Positions 36,756 to 45,709 of a stretch of DNA of 64,000 nt are shown one piece after another. The position numbers and the translations under genes are program-made. The first letter of the stretch is position 1. Every line of letters begins with the position of its first letter. The notes under the pieces were generated by a model. The model ran no database searches and had not been told where the DNA came from. It saw only the letters and a list, made by a program, of their open reading frames with translations. The DNA comes from Bacteroidales bacterium (GTDB lineage Bacteria > Bacteroidota > Bacteroidia > Bacteroidales > UBA7960): the NCBI GenBank assembly GCA_003556325.1, contig PWRF01000346.1:5520-69519 (forward strand), given 5' to 3'.

Positions 36756-37577
36756 TTATTGAGGCGGTTCTTGTGTCCAGTCGATTTCAGAGCCAAGCAA
36801 GCTGTGGGGGATAAGGTATACCAGGAACAGAATGATAGCTGCCGCAAGCACCCAGGACCGGTGATACGGGTTTTTTCTGACCTTGAAAAAGGCAATTGCC
36901 CAAAAAATAAAGGAAACGGCTGTTTTGTTGTCTGTAAGGTCTGTGCCGAAAGGCCACCCCGTCCACCAATCGCCGAAGGCATACTTTTGCACGATGGGGC
37001 CAAACACCAGCCCGCCCAGGATCAGTGTTACAATGGTCCATAGAGCAAAATTATAGGTTTTTTCCCTGAACAGGGCTGCAATGCCCGCTCTCATACTGAA
37101 AAGCATGGCGGCGAACATGAAGATGATGTGCGGTGTCAGAGCCCATGCCGGCACCGCGTCGCGGAACCTTATGATCACGGGTTCTTCATTTACGACCACC
37201 GACTCGTCGCCTGCCTCGAGCACAATCTGGTATTGTGCTTTTCCAGCCGCCGGCAGTTGAGGGATGTATGCCACCAGGTAATCGTTCTCCCGAACCAGCT
37301 GAAGGGTATCCCAGGGAAATTCACCCGGATACAGCCTTACCCTGTAATACCCTTCGATATCCCTGTTTTCTGCTTTTATCCTTACCGGTGCATCAGAAGG
37401 CTGATCATAGGTTCTGATCAGGCGGTAGTCAATTGTTTCTGATGCAATCTCCACGCTGGCCCGGACAGGCTTGGTGGGACCGGTCATGCGCGTATACACC
37501 GAACTTAACAGTGTAATTACTATCGCAATAATCCAGAAAAGCACGCTTCTGTTTTTCATTTGTTTATGTTTTTTCAA
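36756..37577 (-). CDS. hypothetical integral membrane protein
   Basis: 273 aa: an N-terminal TM helix, a non-membrane domain of about 130 aa, then about four TM helices containing GDWWTGWPFG. No family recognised. Confidence 0.5.
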   Translation of the reverse strand: MKKHKQMKNRSVLFWIIAIVITLLSSVYTRMTGPTKPVRASVEIASETIDYRLIRTYDQPSDAPVRIKAENRDIEGYYRVRLYPGEFPWDTLQLVRENDYLVAYIPQLPAAGKAQYQIVLEAGDESVVVNEEPVIIRFRDAVPAWALTPHIIFMFAAMLFSMRAGIAALFREKTYNFALWTIVTLILGGLVFGPIVQKYAFGDWWTGWPFGTDLTDNKTAVSFIFWAIAFFKVRKNPYHRSWVLAAAIILFLVYLIPHSLLGSEIDWTQEPPQ

Positions 37578-37738
37578 CTAATGGTTATTGAGGTGTTTAT
37601 GTTCTTGTCAAAAGCTTAGGGGTTGTGTTGCAACTGTCAAAAAGTCAAAAAGTCAAAATGTCAAACTGTCGAAACGCCGAAACGTCCCAATAATCATCCT
37701 CCTGTGTGTCAAAACCTTTATTCCCGGAGCACCGGGAT
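37575..37738. repeat. intergenic repeat family, copy B (left module + 7 octamer units + right hairpin module)
   Basis: Octamers actgtcaa/aaagtcaa/aaagtcaa/aatgtcaa/actgtcga/aacgccga/aacgtccc at 37633-37688, then aataatcatcc, then the hairpin tcccgg-agca-ccggga. Confidence 0.8.
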
Positions 37739-37934
37739 CCTCTCTGTGGGGTTTGGCTTTGCCTTAGCCTTCTTCCTTCCATTGCCAATGATCACACTCC
37801 CGGGTGTCAGCATTTTACCATATACGCATCTATTTGTCGATGGTTTCGTTTGGAATGAACGAGACGTTTTCCAGGATCCTTGAATAAATAATAGCGTTGT
37901 ATATCTCCTGCATCATGTCGGTACGAATGTTCAT

Positions 37935-40847
37935 TTAAATGAGTTTGCGGTTTGACTGGCTGGGATATGTCCGGTTGGAAAGGAAGACAAAAACCAGGTC
38001 TTCCATGGGGTCGGCCCATACGTAGGTGCCTGTAAAACCACTATGACCGAAGCTTAGCGGCGATGCGCTCTTTGCTGAGGGGCCGCTTTGATCTCTGTCC
38101 AGGGCAGGTTTGTCAAACCCCAGCCCCCGCCGGTTTCCTTTACTGGTAAAATGGGCTGTGGTAAACTTTTCAACGGCAGAACTTTCAAAATACTGATCAC
38201 CCCCATAGCTGCCGCCGTTGATGATCATCTGCATTAAGACAGCCATGTCTGCGGCGTTTGCAAAAAGGCCCGCGTGCCCGCTTACCCCGCCTAACATGGC
38301 AGCTGCCGGGTCGTGAACGTATCCGTGTACAGTTTGTCTGCGCCACAAAGTATCCCTCTCGGTGGGAGTAATTCGTATACTGTCGGAGTGTTTGCCTGGC
38401 CGGAACCCGGTGTTCTGAAGTCCAAGCGGCATATAAAAGGACTCATGTACAAAGCTGTCGAGGGGCTGGCCGGTAACATGGTTGATGATTTCTGCCAGAA
38501 GAATAAACCCAAGGTCGCTGTACCGGTAATCCCTGCTTTCGCTGAGTTCCGAATTGGAGATCCGGGCAAACATGCTCTCCCGGAAGTCCCTGTGCAAATA
38601 CATATCCGGGGAGACCTTTACAGGGAATTCATCTGTGGCATATGTATGGTACAGGCCATCAACAAAGCTGCCATCCTGGTTGAGCGTTTCCGTAAAGAAG
38701 GGTATCCAGGGCTTGAAGCCGGCCTGGTGCGCAAGGATGTCGCGCATGGTGATCTCACCTATGTCCGGGTTCCCGATCCAGGGCAGGTATTTTGCGATGC
38801 CCGCATCCAGATCTATTCTCCCTTGCTCATGGAGCTTCATAAGTGCTACCGTGGTTGCGGCCACTTTCGTGACCGATGCAAGATCGTAAATATCTGAAGT
38901 GTTAACGGGGGTAATGCTGTCGTATGTATGGTATCCGAATGCTTTGTTGTAGATCATTACGCCATCTTTTATAATGGCTACCTGGCATCCAGGGTATGCT
39001 TTTTCCAGGATGCCTCTCTCTGCCAGGCTGTCGATACGGTGCAGGAGATGACCCCTGATCCCTGCTTCTTCCGGGTATCCAAAACGAATACGGGTCGGCT
39101 CGGCTGTGACGATGCCGGTGTTTGCCGGGATGTGCTTCCCGGCCGTTACAGGCAGCTTCCCTGTGAGCTGAATGCCATTGAACAGGGCTTCGGCAGCTGC
39201 ATGTTCAAACAATTCCCCCTCCTGGTAAGCAACCAGGATAGCATCGACATACAATATCTCATCCTCGAAGAATGCGAGGCTGTAAGGATTGGCAAAAAGA
39301 CTCAGAATGACGTCCTGTTTCCGGGCTATGGAGTGTATCAGCCCGATTGTTTTTCCATTGATACCGTAATCGTTTCTAAAGAAAAAGCTGTTGTCGTGCA
39401 CGGATATGATCACCAGGTCGTATGCTTCCAGTTTTTTCATCATCTGAAAGGCCCTGACCGGCGTGTGATATTTATCGATCCCATACCTGGAGACGGGGCT
39501 GTACTTGTTGAGCCTTTCATGGAATGCATTGTCAGGGGTGGCACCTATGGATAAAGCCGCAATACGCTTGTGAGCAATGTTTCTTAGCGGCACAAGTTCT
39601 TGCTGGTTCCGAACAAGGGTCAGTGAGGATTCTACAAGCTTTTTATTCAGTAACCTGTTTTGAATGGTGTTAAGATCTTCAACAAGCATTTCAGGAGTGG
39701 CGTACCGGAAGTTGTCCAGTCCGGCTTTTTCTTTAAAGTGCAATACTTTTCTGCATTTTAGGTTGAGGTATTCTTCCGGCAGGATACCGTTAAGGATGGC
39801 ATTTTTTATGGTATTGATGGCTGCGGGCACGTTTTCGGGAAGCAGCAGGATATCGTTCCCGGCCATTAACGCCCTCAGTTCGAGTTCGCCGGGTTCGAAA
39901 TAGTCGCTTACCCCACGCATATCAAGGGCATCGGTGATAATGAGTCCGTTAAACCCCATTTCCATTTGCAACAGCTTTGTCACGATGTTATGGGAAAGGG
40001 TTGAGGCCAGCTTTGGCTCCGGCTCGAGCGAGGGCATTTCCAGGTGTGCGATCATGACAGATTGCAGCCCTTGCTCTATGAGTCTTTTAAAAGGGTACAG
40101 GTGTATGGAGTCGACCTCTTCAAAAGTATGTTTTAAAAGGGGCAGGGTGTGGTGAGAGTCCAGGTTGGTATCGCCATGGCCCGGGAAATGCTTTGCACAG
40201 GCAATGATGCCTTCATCCTGCAGTCCGTGCATATACGCGAGTCCTTTTTCGGCCACCAGTTGCCGGTCTTCGCCAAAGGCCCTGAAGTTGATGACAGGGT
40301 TTTCGCTGTTGTTGTTGACATCCACCACGGGAGCAAAGTTGATATGAACCCCCATCCGCCTGAGCTGCCTGCCTATTTCTTTACCCATTTCGTAAATCAT
40401 ATCACTGTTCCGGACAGCTCCGAGCGCCATTTGCCGCGGAAAAGCCTCCAGGCTGTCAAGGCGCATTGCGGGGCCCCACTCGGCATCCATAGCAATGAGC
40501 ATGGGAGTTTGAACCTGGCTTTGCATTCGGTTGGTGACCAGCACCTGTTGGGTCGGTTCGCCGCGGAAAAATGCCGCACCTCCAATGTTATAGTCTCTTA
40601 CAAGGTGCACAATACTGTCGTAGTAGGCTTCATCGCGATCGGTATGCACCCGTATCATCAACAGCTGGGCTATTCGCTCTTCGAGGCTTAAGGAATGGAA
40701 AACCGAGTCTACCCAGGGAGAACTGTAGAGATCTTCACGGGTATTCTGCTTTGTATTGTTCCCGGCAGATTGTATGGCGGGAGGGGAAAGGAAAAAAAAG
40801 GATCCCAGTATAATGAAGTGAACTCCTAAAACAAAAAATCTGCGCAT
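37935..40847 (-). CDS. glycoside hydrolase family 3 (NagZ-like beta-N-acetylhexosaminidase) fused to a serine beta-lactamase/PBP-like domain
   Basis: GH3 motif KHFPGHGDT. The C-terminal half carries the SxxK motif (LASVTKV). The ATG at 40847 gives signal peptide MRRFFVLGVHFIILGSFFFL. Confidence 0.8.
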   Translation of the reverse strand: MRRFFVLGVHFIILGSFFFLSPPAIQSAGNNTKQNTREDLYSSPWVDSVFHSLSLEERIAQLLMIRVHTDRDEAYYDSIVHLVRDYNIGGAAFFRGEPTQQVLVTNRMQSQVQTPMLIAMDAEWGPAMRLDSLEAFPRQMALGAVRNSDMIYEMGKEIGRQLRRMGVHINFAPVVDVNNNSENPVINFRAFGEDRQLVAEKGLAYMHGLQDEGIIACAKHFPGHGDTNLDSHHTLPLLKHTFEEVDSIHLYPFKRLIEQGLQSVMIAHLEMPSLEPEPKLASTLSHNIVTKLLQMEMGFNGLIITDALDMRGVSDYFEPGELELRALMAGNDILLLPENVPAAINTIKNAILNGILPEEYLNLKCRKVLHFKEKAGLDNFRYATPEMLVEDLNTIQNRLLNKKLVESSLTLVRNQQELVPLRNIAHKRIAALSIGATPDNAFHERLNKYSPVSRYGIDKYHTPVRAFQMMKKLEAYDLVIISVHDNSFFFRNDYGINGKTIGLIHSIARKQDVILSLFANPYSLAFFEDEILYVDAILVAYQEGELFEHAAAEALFNGIQLTGKLPVTAGKHIPANTGIVTAEPTRIRFGYPEEAGIRGHLLHRIDSLAERGILEKAYPGCQVAIIKDGVMIYNKAFGYHTYDSITPVNTSDIYDLASVTKVAATTVALMKLHEQGRIDLDAGIAKYLPWIGNPDIGEITMRDILAHQAGFKPWIPFFTETLNQDGSFVDGLYHTYATDEFPVKVSPDMYLHRDFRESMFARISNSELSESRDYRYSDLGFILLAEIINHVTGQPLDSFVHESFYMPLGLQNTGFRPGKHSDSIRITPTERDTLWRRQTVHGYVHDPAAAMLGGVSGHAGLFANAADMAVLMQMIINGGSYGGDQYFESSAVEKFTTAHFTSKGNRRGLGFDKPALDRDQSGPSAKSASPLSFGHSGFTGTYVWADPMEDLVFVFLSNRTYPSQSNRKLI

Positions 40848-40931
40848 GCCAGTAATAGTATAACCATAACCATAATTTTGCCTACTCTGCAAATATAACA
40901 CAAACGGTTTATAAAGCAGCGCTGGTGGTTT

Positions 40932-41579
40932 TCATTTTTCATTTTTTTTGGCATGATAATATTTGCAGGCTGGCTTGAGCGGACAGATATCACATTTGGG
41001 CTTTCGTGCCTGGCATATATACCGGCCATGCAGGATAAGCCAGTGATGGGCAACGGCAACCTGCTCTTCAGGAATGTATTTCAGAAGCTGCTTCTCGGTT
41101 TCCCGTGGGGTTTTCGCATTGGTGGAAAGGCCAATCCGGCGTGCTACCCGGAAAACATGCGTATCGACGGCCATGGCCGGCTTATTATAGATCACGGAGG
41201 CAATTACATTGGCAGTTTTGCGCCCCACACCCGGCAGTTTTTCCAGTTCTTTTACCTCGTCCGGAACTACGCCTTTAAACTCTTCAAGCAATACCCCGGC
41301 CATCCCAATGAGATTTTTACTTTTATTGTTCGGGTAAGAGCAGCTTTTTATAAGCTCATAAACCATTTCATGGCTTGCCTTGGCCAGTGAACCGGGTTCA
41401 GGGAAGCGTTCGAAGAATGCAGGGGTTATTTGATTTACGCGCTTGTCGGTGCATTGGGCTGACAGGATAACTGCTACCAGCAACTGGTAAGGGTCTTTAT
41501 ACAAGAGCTCTGTTTCCGGGTCGGGCTGATGCGTTGCAAAGTAGTTTAAAACAAAATCAAAACGCTCTTTCTTTCTCAT
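40932..41579 (-). CDS. nth: endonuclease III
   Basis: HhH-GPD region LPGVGRKTANV and the 4Fe-4S cluster loop CQARKPKCDICPLKPAC. Confidence 0.9.
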   Translation of the reverse strand: MRKKERFDFVLNYFATHQPDPETELLYKDPYQLLVAVILSAQCTDKRVNQITPAFFERFPEPGSLAKASHEMVYELIKSCSYPNNKSKNLIGMAGVLLEEFKGVVPDEVKELEKLPGVGRKTANVIASVIYNKPAMAVDTHVFRVARRIGLSTNAKTPRETEKQLLKYIPEEQVAVAHHWLILHGRYICQARKPKCDICPLKPACKYYHAKKNEK

Positions 41580-41786
41580 CTGCGGCGTATTTTATGGTGT
41601 AAGGTCGCAAGGTTTTTTTTGCCGGGATCTGCAGGTCAGACCCTGTATGTCTTTCAGTTTTGAACGGCTAAATTATGGTTTTTTTCTCCTCTGGTGGCTG
41701 AAAATGTCCATATTATTGCCTAATTTCGAAGCGTTTTTCGGCAGCAGATATTCGGTGCGCTGCCATTAAGCTAAACAGAAAAAGAT

Positions 41787-43862
41787 ATGATAAACAAAGC
41801 GTTGACTGATCCCAAAAGTATCGTAGTAGTCGGGGGCTCAAATAATACCGCTAAACCGGGAGGAAAAGTATTAAAGAATCTTATCGACGGAAAGTTTTCC
41901 GGTGAGCTCTATGTTACCAACCTTAAGGAGAGCGAAGTACAGGGCATTAAAAGTTACAACGACGTTGCTGATCTTCCGGAGGTAGACCTTGCCATCATTG
42001 CCATTGCTGCTCAATTTGTTCCGGATACGGTAGATGTACTCGCCCACCAGAAGGGAGCCCGTGCGTTTATTGTCCTGTCGGCGGGATTCAGCGAAGAAAG
42101 TGAGGCAGGTGCTGAGCTCGAGAAAAGGCTTGTGGAGATTGTTGATGAGGTGGATGGGGCGTTGATCGGGCCAAACTGTACCGGCGTCCTTACACCGAAT
42201 CATCACAGTGTTTTTACGTATCCCATTCCCAGGCTTGACACCAGGGGATGTGATTTTGTTTCGGGGTCCGGCGCTACTGCTTGTTTTATAATGGAGGCCG
42301 GTATTCCCAAAGGCTTGAGTTTTGCCAACGTTTTCTCTGTTGGAAACAGCGCACAAATGGGTGTTGAAGAGGTGGTCAGGTACTGGGATGAGTCGTTTGA
42401 CCCGGGCAGCAGCTCCCGGATCAAGCTATTGTATATCGAGGATATCAAGAAGCCCCAGATGCTGCTGGTCCATGCCGCATCGTTGATACGCAAGGGATGC
42501 CGCATTGCAGCTGTCAAGGCTGGCAGTTCGGAAGCCGGCAGCCGGGCGGCCTCTTCGCACACAGGGGCCCTGGCCAGCCCGGATGCCGCCGTAGACGCTT
42601 TGTTCCGCAAGGCCGGCATCGTCCGTTGCTACGGCCGCGAAGACCTGATAGCGGTTGCTTCGGTGTTCACATATCCTAAATTGGAAGGAAAGAATATTGC
42701 CGTTATAACACATGCAGGCGGCCCCGCTGTTATGCTTACCGATGCCCTGAGCGAGGGTGGACTGGAAGTGCCTGCCATTGAGTCACCGAAATCCAATGAG
42801 CTGCTTGAGGAGCTGTTCCCCGGCTCCTCCGTTGCCAACCCCATCGACTTTCTGGCCACAGGTACAGCAGAACAGCTGGGTGTCGTCATTGATTATACCG
42901 AAAAATATTTTGACAACATCGACGGGATGGTTGTCATATTTGGCACGCCCGGCCTCTTCCCTGTGTACAATGTCTATGACATGCTTGACCAGAAGATGCG
43001 TTTATGCAAAAAACCCATCTTTCCGGTACTGCCAAGCATACTTACCGCGAAAGACGAAGTGGATGCATTTATCTCAAAAGGCCATGTAAACTTCCCCGAC
43101 GAGGTGATGCTGGGTCAGGCCCTGAGCAGGGTCTTTAACACAGCCCCGCCATCCCGCCAGGATATTGTACTACCCAAGGTAGACAGACCCAAGATCCGCC
43201 GTATCATTGACAACGCCGGTGACGGATACCTTACACCCAGGGATGTGCAAACCCTCCTCGACGCCGCCGGCATCCCACGGGTGACCGAAACGGTAGTTGA
43301 AACACAGGAAGCAGCGGTCAAAGCTGCAGACCGGATGGGTTACCCCCTGGTTATGAAGGTAGTAGGACCCGTCCATAAATCTGATGTCGGAGGGGTCGTG
43401 CTGAACGTAAAAGACCAGGAAAGTGTGGTCAGGGAGTTTAGCCGCATGATGAAGATCAAAGATACTACCGGTGTGCTCATGCAGCCTATGCTTGAGGGTA
43501 TTGAGCTTTTCGCCGGCACCAAAAGGGAAGAAAAATTCGGCCATATGATCATGTGTGGCATGGGGGGCATCTTTATCGAAGTACTGAAAGATGTGGCAAC
43601 CGGATTGTATCCCGTGAACACAGATGAGGCACTTGAAATGATCGACAGCCTGAAGAGTTACGAGATCCTGGAGGGAGTGAGGGGAAAAGAAGGCATTGAT
43701 ATTGATGCCTTTGCCGATGTGCTGGTGAGGCTTTCGTCGCTGATGGAAGCGGCTCCCGAGATTTTTGAAATGGACCTTAACCCACTGCTGGGTAACGAAG
43801 AATATATTGTAGCGGTTGATGCAAGGATCAACATACAGAAAGATGCGAACAAACAGACCTAA
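41787..43862 (+). CDS. ADP-forming acetate/acyl-CoA ligase family protein (CoA-binding + ligase-CoA + ATP-grasp domains)
   Basis: 691 aa. N-terminal CoA-binding start PKSIVVVGGSNNTAKPGG and a C-terminal ATP-grasp region (GYPLVMKVVGPVHKSDVGGV). Confidence 0.8.
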   Translation: MINKALTDPKSIVVVGGSNNTAKPGGKVLKNLIDGKFSGELYVTNLKESEVQGIKSYNDVADLPEVDLAIIAIAAQFVPDTVDVLAHQKGARAFIVLSAGFSEESEAGAELEKRLVEIVDEVDGALIGPNCTGVLTPNHHSVFTYPIPRLDTRGCDFVSGSGATACFIMEAGIPKGLSFANVFSVGNSAQMGVEEVVRYWDESFDPGSSSRIKLLYIEDIKKPQMLLVHAASLIRKGCRIAAVKAGSSEAGSRAASSHTGALASPDAAVDALFRKAGIVRCYGREDLIAVASVFTYPKLEGKNIAVITHAGGPAVMLTDALSEGGLEVPAIESPKSNELLEELFPGSSVANPIDFLATGTAEQLGVVIDYTEKYFDNIDGMVVIFGTPGLFPVYNVYDMLDQKMRLCKKPIFPVLPSILTAKDEVDAFISKGHVNFPDEVMLGQALSRVFNTAPPSRQDIVLPKVDRPKIRRIIDNAGDGYLTPRDVQTLLDAAGIPRVTETVVETQEAAVKAADRMGYPLVMKVVGPVHKSDVGGVVLNVKDQESVVREFSRMMKIKDTTGVLMQPMLEGIELFAGTKREEKFGHMIMCGMGGIFIEVLKDVATGLYPVNTDEALEMIDSLKSYEILEGVRGKEGIDIDAFADVLVRLSSLMEAAPEIFEMDLNPLLGNEEYIVAVDARINIQKDANKQT

Positions 43863-43886
43863 CCTCAGATACCCTGATAAAACATT

Positions 43887-45323
43887 ATGATAATCCGAAT
43901 AGTTGTTCTGGCATTATACGCCCTGATGATTGTATGGGTGGGCATAAGAGGCCTGAAAAAAACAAAGACTTTCAATGATTTTTACCTGGGAGGCGGAAAT
44001 GTCGGGCCCTGGATGACCGCTTTTTCCTACGGCACTGCGTATTTCAGCGCTGTCCTCTTTATCGGATTCGCCGGAAACGTGGGCTGGAACTTTGGCTTCT
44101 CGGGCCTCTGGATAGCGCTGGTAAATGCTCTTCTTGGCGTACTGGTGGTGTGGTGGGTTGTTGGTATGCGCCTGAAAGATGCTGCAAGGGAATACGATGC
44201 CTTTACCATGCCCGAATTTCTGTTAAAGCGATATAATGCACCGGAGCTTAAACTGCTTGCCAGTCTCGTGGTTTTTGTGTTTATGATCCCTTATACTGCT
44301 GCCGTATTTATGGGCCTTTCCTACCTTTTTACCTCCAATTTTGATATTGAATACTGGCATGCATTGGCATTTATGGGTTTCTTTACGGCCTTTTACATGG
44401 TGCTGGGGGGGTATAAATCAATGGCACTGATCGACATGATCTTTGGAATTATCATGGCAGTAAGTGTCATTATACTTTTTTTCAGCACCGTTGGTGAGGG
44501 TGGCGGTTTGCCCCAGATCACCTTTGCCCTGCGCGAGATAGACCCCAGGCTGACACAAGCGGTTGGCCCGCCCGGATGGTGGCCGCTGCTGTCCATGGTT
44601 TTGCTTACCAGTATGGCGCCTTTTGCCATGCCACAGCTGATGCAGAAGTTTTATGCCATAAAAGACAAAGCTACCGTAAAAAGAGGTATGCTGGCTTCTA
44701 CTTTCTTTGCCATCCTTATCGGCGGCGTGGCCTACTTTATTGGCTCCACCTCCAGGGTTTTCCTCAGCCCCGAAACCGCCCCTGCTGCTTTCGACCTGCA
44801 GGAACAGCCAGTGTATGACATTCTCATGCCCGAGTTGCTTACCAATGTAGTGCCTGTTTCCCTTAGCGTGATAATCCTGTTGCTGATCCTTTCGGCTTCG
44901 ATGTCAACACTGGCAGCACTCGTTTTGGTTTCCGGCTCTACCTTCGTGAAAGACTTTGTGCACGGATTTATAAAAAAGGACATTAAAGATGCATCCATGA
45001 CTGTGATGATGAGGTTTATGAGCGCCGTCTTCATCCTGCTGTCTGTCGTGCTGGCCTACCTGAACATTGACAGCATTGTGATGATACTGGGGATTTCCTG
45101 GGGGGCTCTCGGGTCCTTCTTTCTTGGCCCGTTTATCTGGGGCCTGTACAGCAAAAAGGTCACCCGCGCCGGTGCCATTGCCTCGGGTACAGGCGGACTT
45201 ATGGTGTGCCTGGTATTATATGCTGCCGGCATTCCTTCCCCGCAGGCAGGAACCATAGGCATGTTCACATCCCTTGCCCTCAACCCGGTAGTAAGCTGGT
45301 TCACACAACCCAAATCGGCGTGA
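43887..45323 (+). CDS. sodium:solute symporter family transporter
   Basis: 478 aa, about 13 TM helices, and an SSF-like N-terminal pattern (FYLGGGNVGPWMTAFSYGTAYFSA). Confidence 0.75.
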   Translation: MIIRIVVLALYALMIVWVGIRGLKKTKTFNDFYLGGGNVGPWMTAFSYGTAYFSAVLFIGFAGNVGWNFGFSGLWIALVNALLGVLVVWWVVGMRLKDAAREYDAFTMPEFLLKRYNAPELKLLASLVVFVFMIPYTAAVFMGLSYLFTSNFDIEYWHALAFMGFFTAFYMVLGGYKSMALIDMIFGIIMAVSVIILFFSTVGEGGGLPQITFALREIDPRLTQAVGPPGWWPLLSMVLLTSMAPFAMPQLMQKFYAIKDKATVKRGMLASTFFAILIGGVAYFIGSTSRVFLSPETAPAAFDLQEQPVYDILMPELLTNVVPVSLSVIILLLILSASMSTLAALVLVSGSTFVKDFVHGFIKKDIKDASMTVMMRFMSAVFILLSVVLAYLNIDSIVMILGISWGALGSFFLGPFIWGLYSKKVTRAGAIASGTGGLMVCLVLYAAGIPSPQAGTIGMFTSLALNPVVSWFTQPKSA

Positions 45324-45401
45324 TTCAGCCCCTTAAAGCAAAGGGTAGAGGAGACATGAAACTTTCCTGAAAGAGATGTTAAACACAGGGAAGCGTTTGA
45401 T

Positions 45402-45483
45402 AGCAGGATGGGGAGTAAGGAGCAGGAAGCAGGAAGTAAGAAGTATAAAGTAGGAAGTATGAAGTAGGAAGTAGGAAGCAGGT
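45402..45483 (+). repeat. purine-rich heptamer tandem array 1 (consensus AGYAGGA, about 11 units)
   Basis: agcagga-tgggg-agtaagg agcagga agcagga agtaaga agtataa agtagga agtatga agtagga agtagga agcaggt. Ten units are contiguous at 45414-45483. Confidence 0.85.
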
Positions 45484-45530
45484 GTCTCGTCCTGAAATAG
45501 GTTTACACTTTTTGTAAACAAAAATCAGGA
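45483..45530 (+). repeat. about 48-nt hairpin-forming unit, copy 1
   Basis: tgtctcgtcctgaaataggtttacactttttgtaaacaaaaatcagga, with outer inverted repeat tcctga/tcagga and inner gtttac/gtaaac. About 80 percent identical to 45592-45637. Confidence 0.7.
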
Positions 45531-45591
45531 TTATGAGATACAAAGTAAAGAGATTACCGGAAGAGGTTCAATTCAAGGTTGTCCAGATGTA

Positions 45592-45637
45592 TGTCTCGTC
45601 ATGAAAAAGGGTTACTATTTGTTATGAAAAATCAGGA
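45592..45637 (+). repeat. about 46-nt hairpin-forming unit, copy 2
   Basis: tgtctcgtcatgaaaaagggttactatttgttatgaaaaatcagga. Confidence 0.7.
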
Positions 45638-45681
45638 CGGGCCAAAGTAAAAAATAGGTGAGAAGGCAGATGGAGATTCGA

Positions 45682-45709
45682 AGTAAGAAGTAAAAAGCAG
45701 GGAGTAAGA
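45682..45709 (+). repeat. purine-rich heptamer tandem array 2 (4 units) abutting the porin start codon
   Basis: agtaaga agtaaaa agcaggg agtaaga. The last A is the A of the ATG at 45709. Confidence 0.75.

Noticed and set aside
45402-45709. Whether the heptamer arrays (or the octamer arrays at 1026, 20049 and 37633) could be CRISPR arrays.
   Set aside because: The periods are 7-8 bp with no spacers, the units are degenerate and contiguous, and no cas genes are present.
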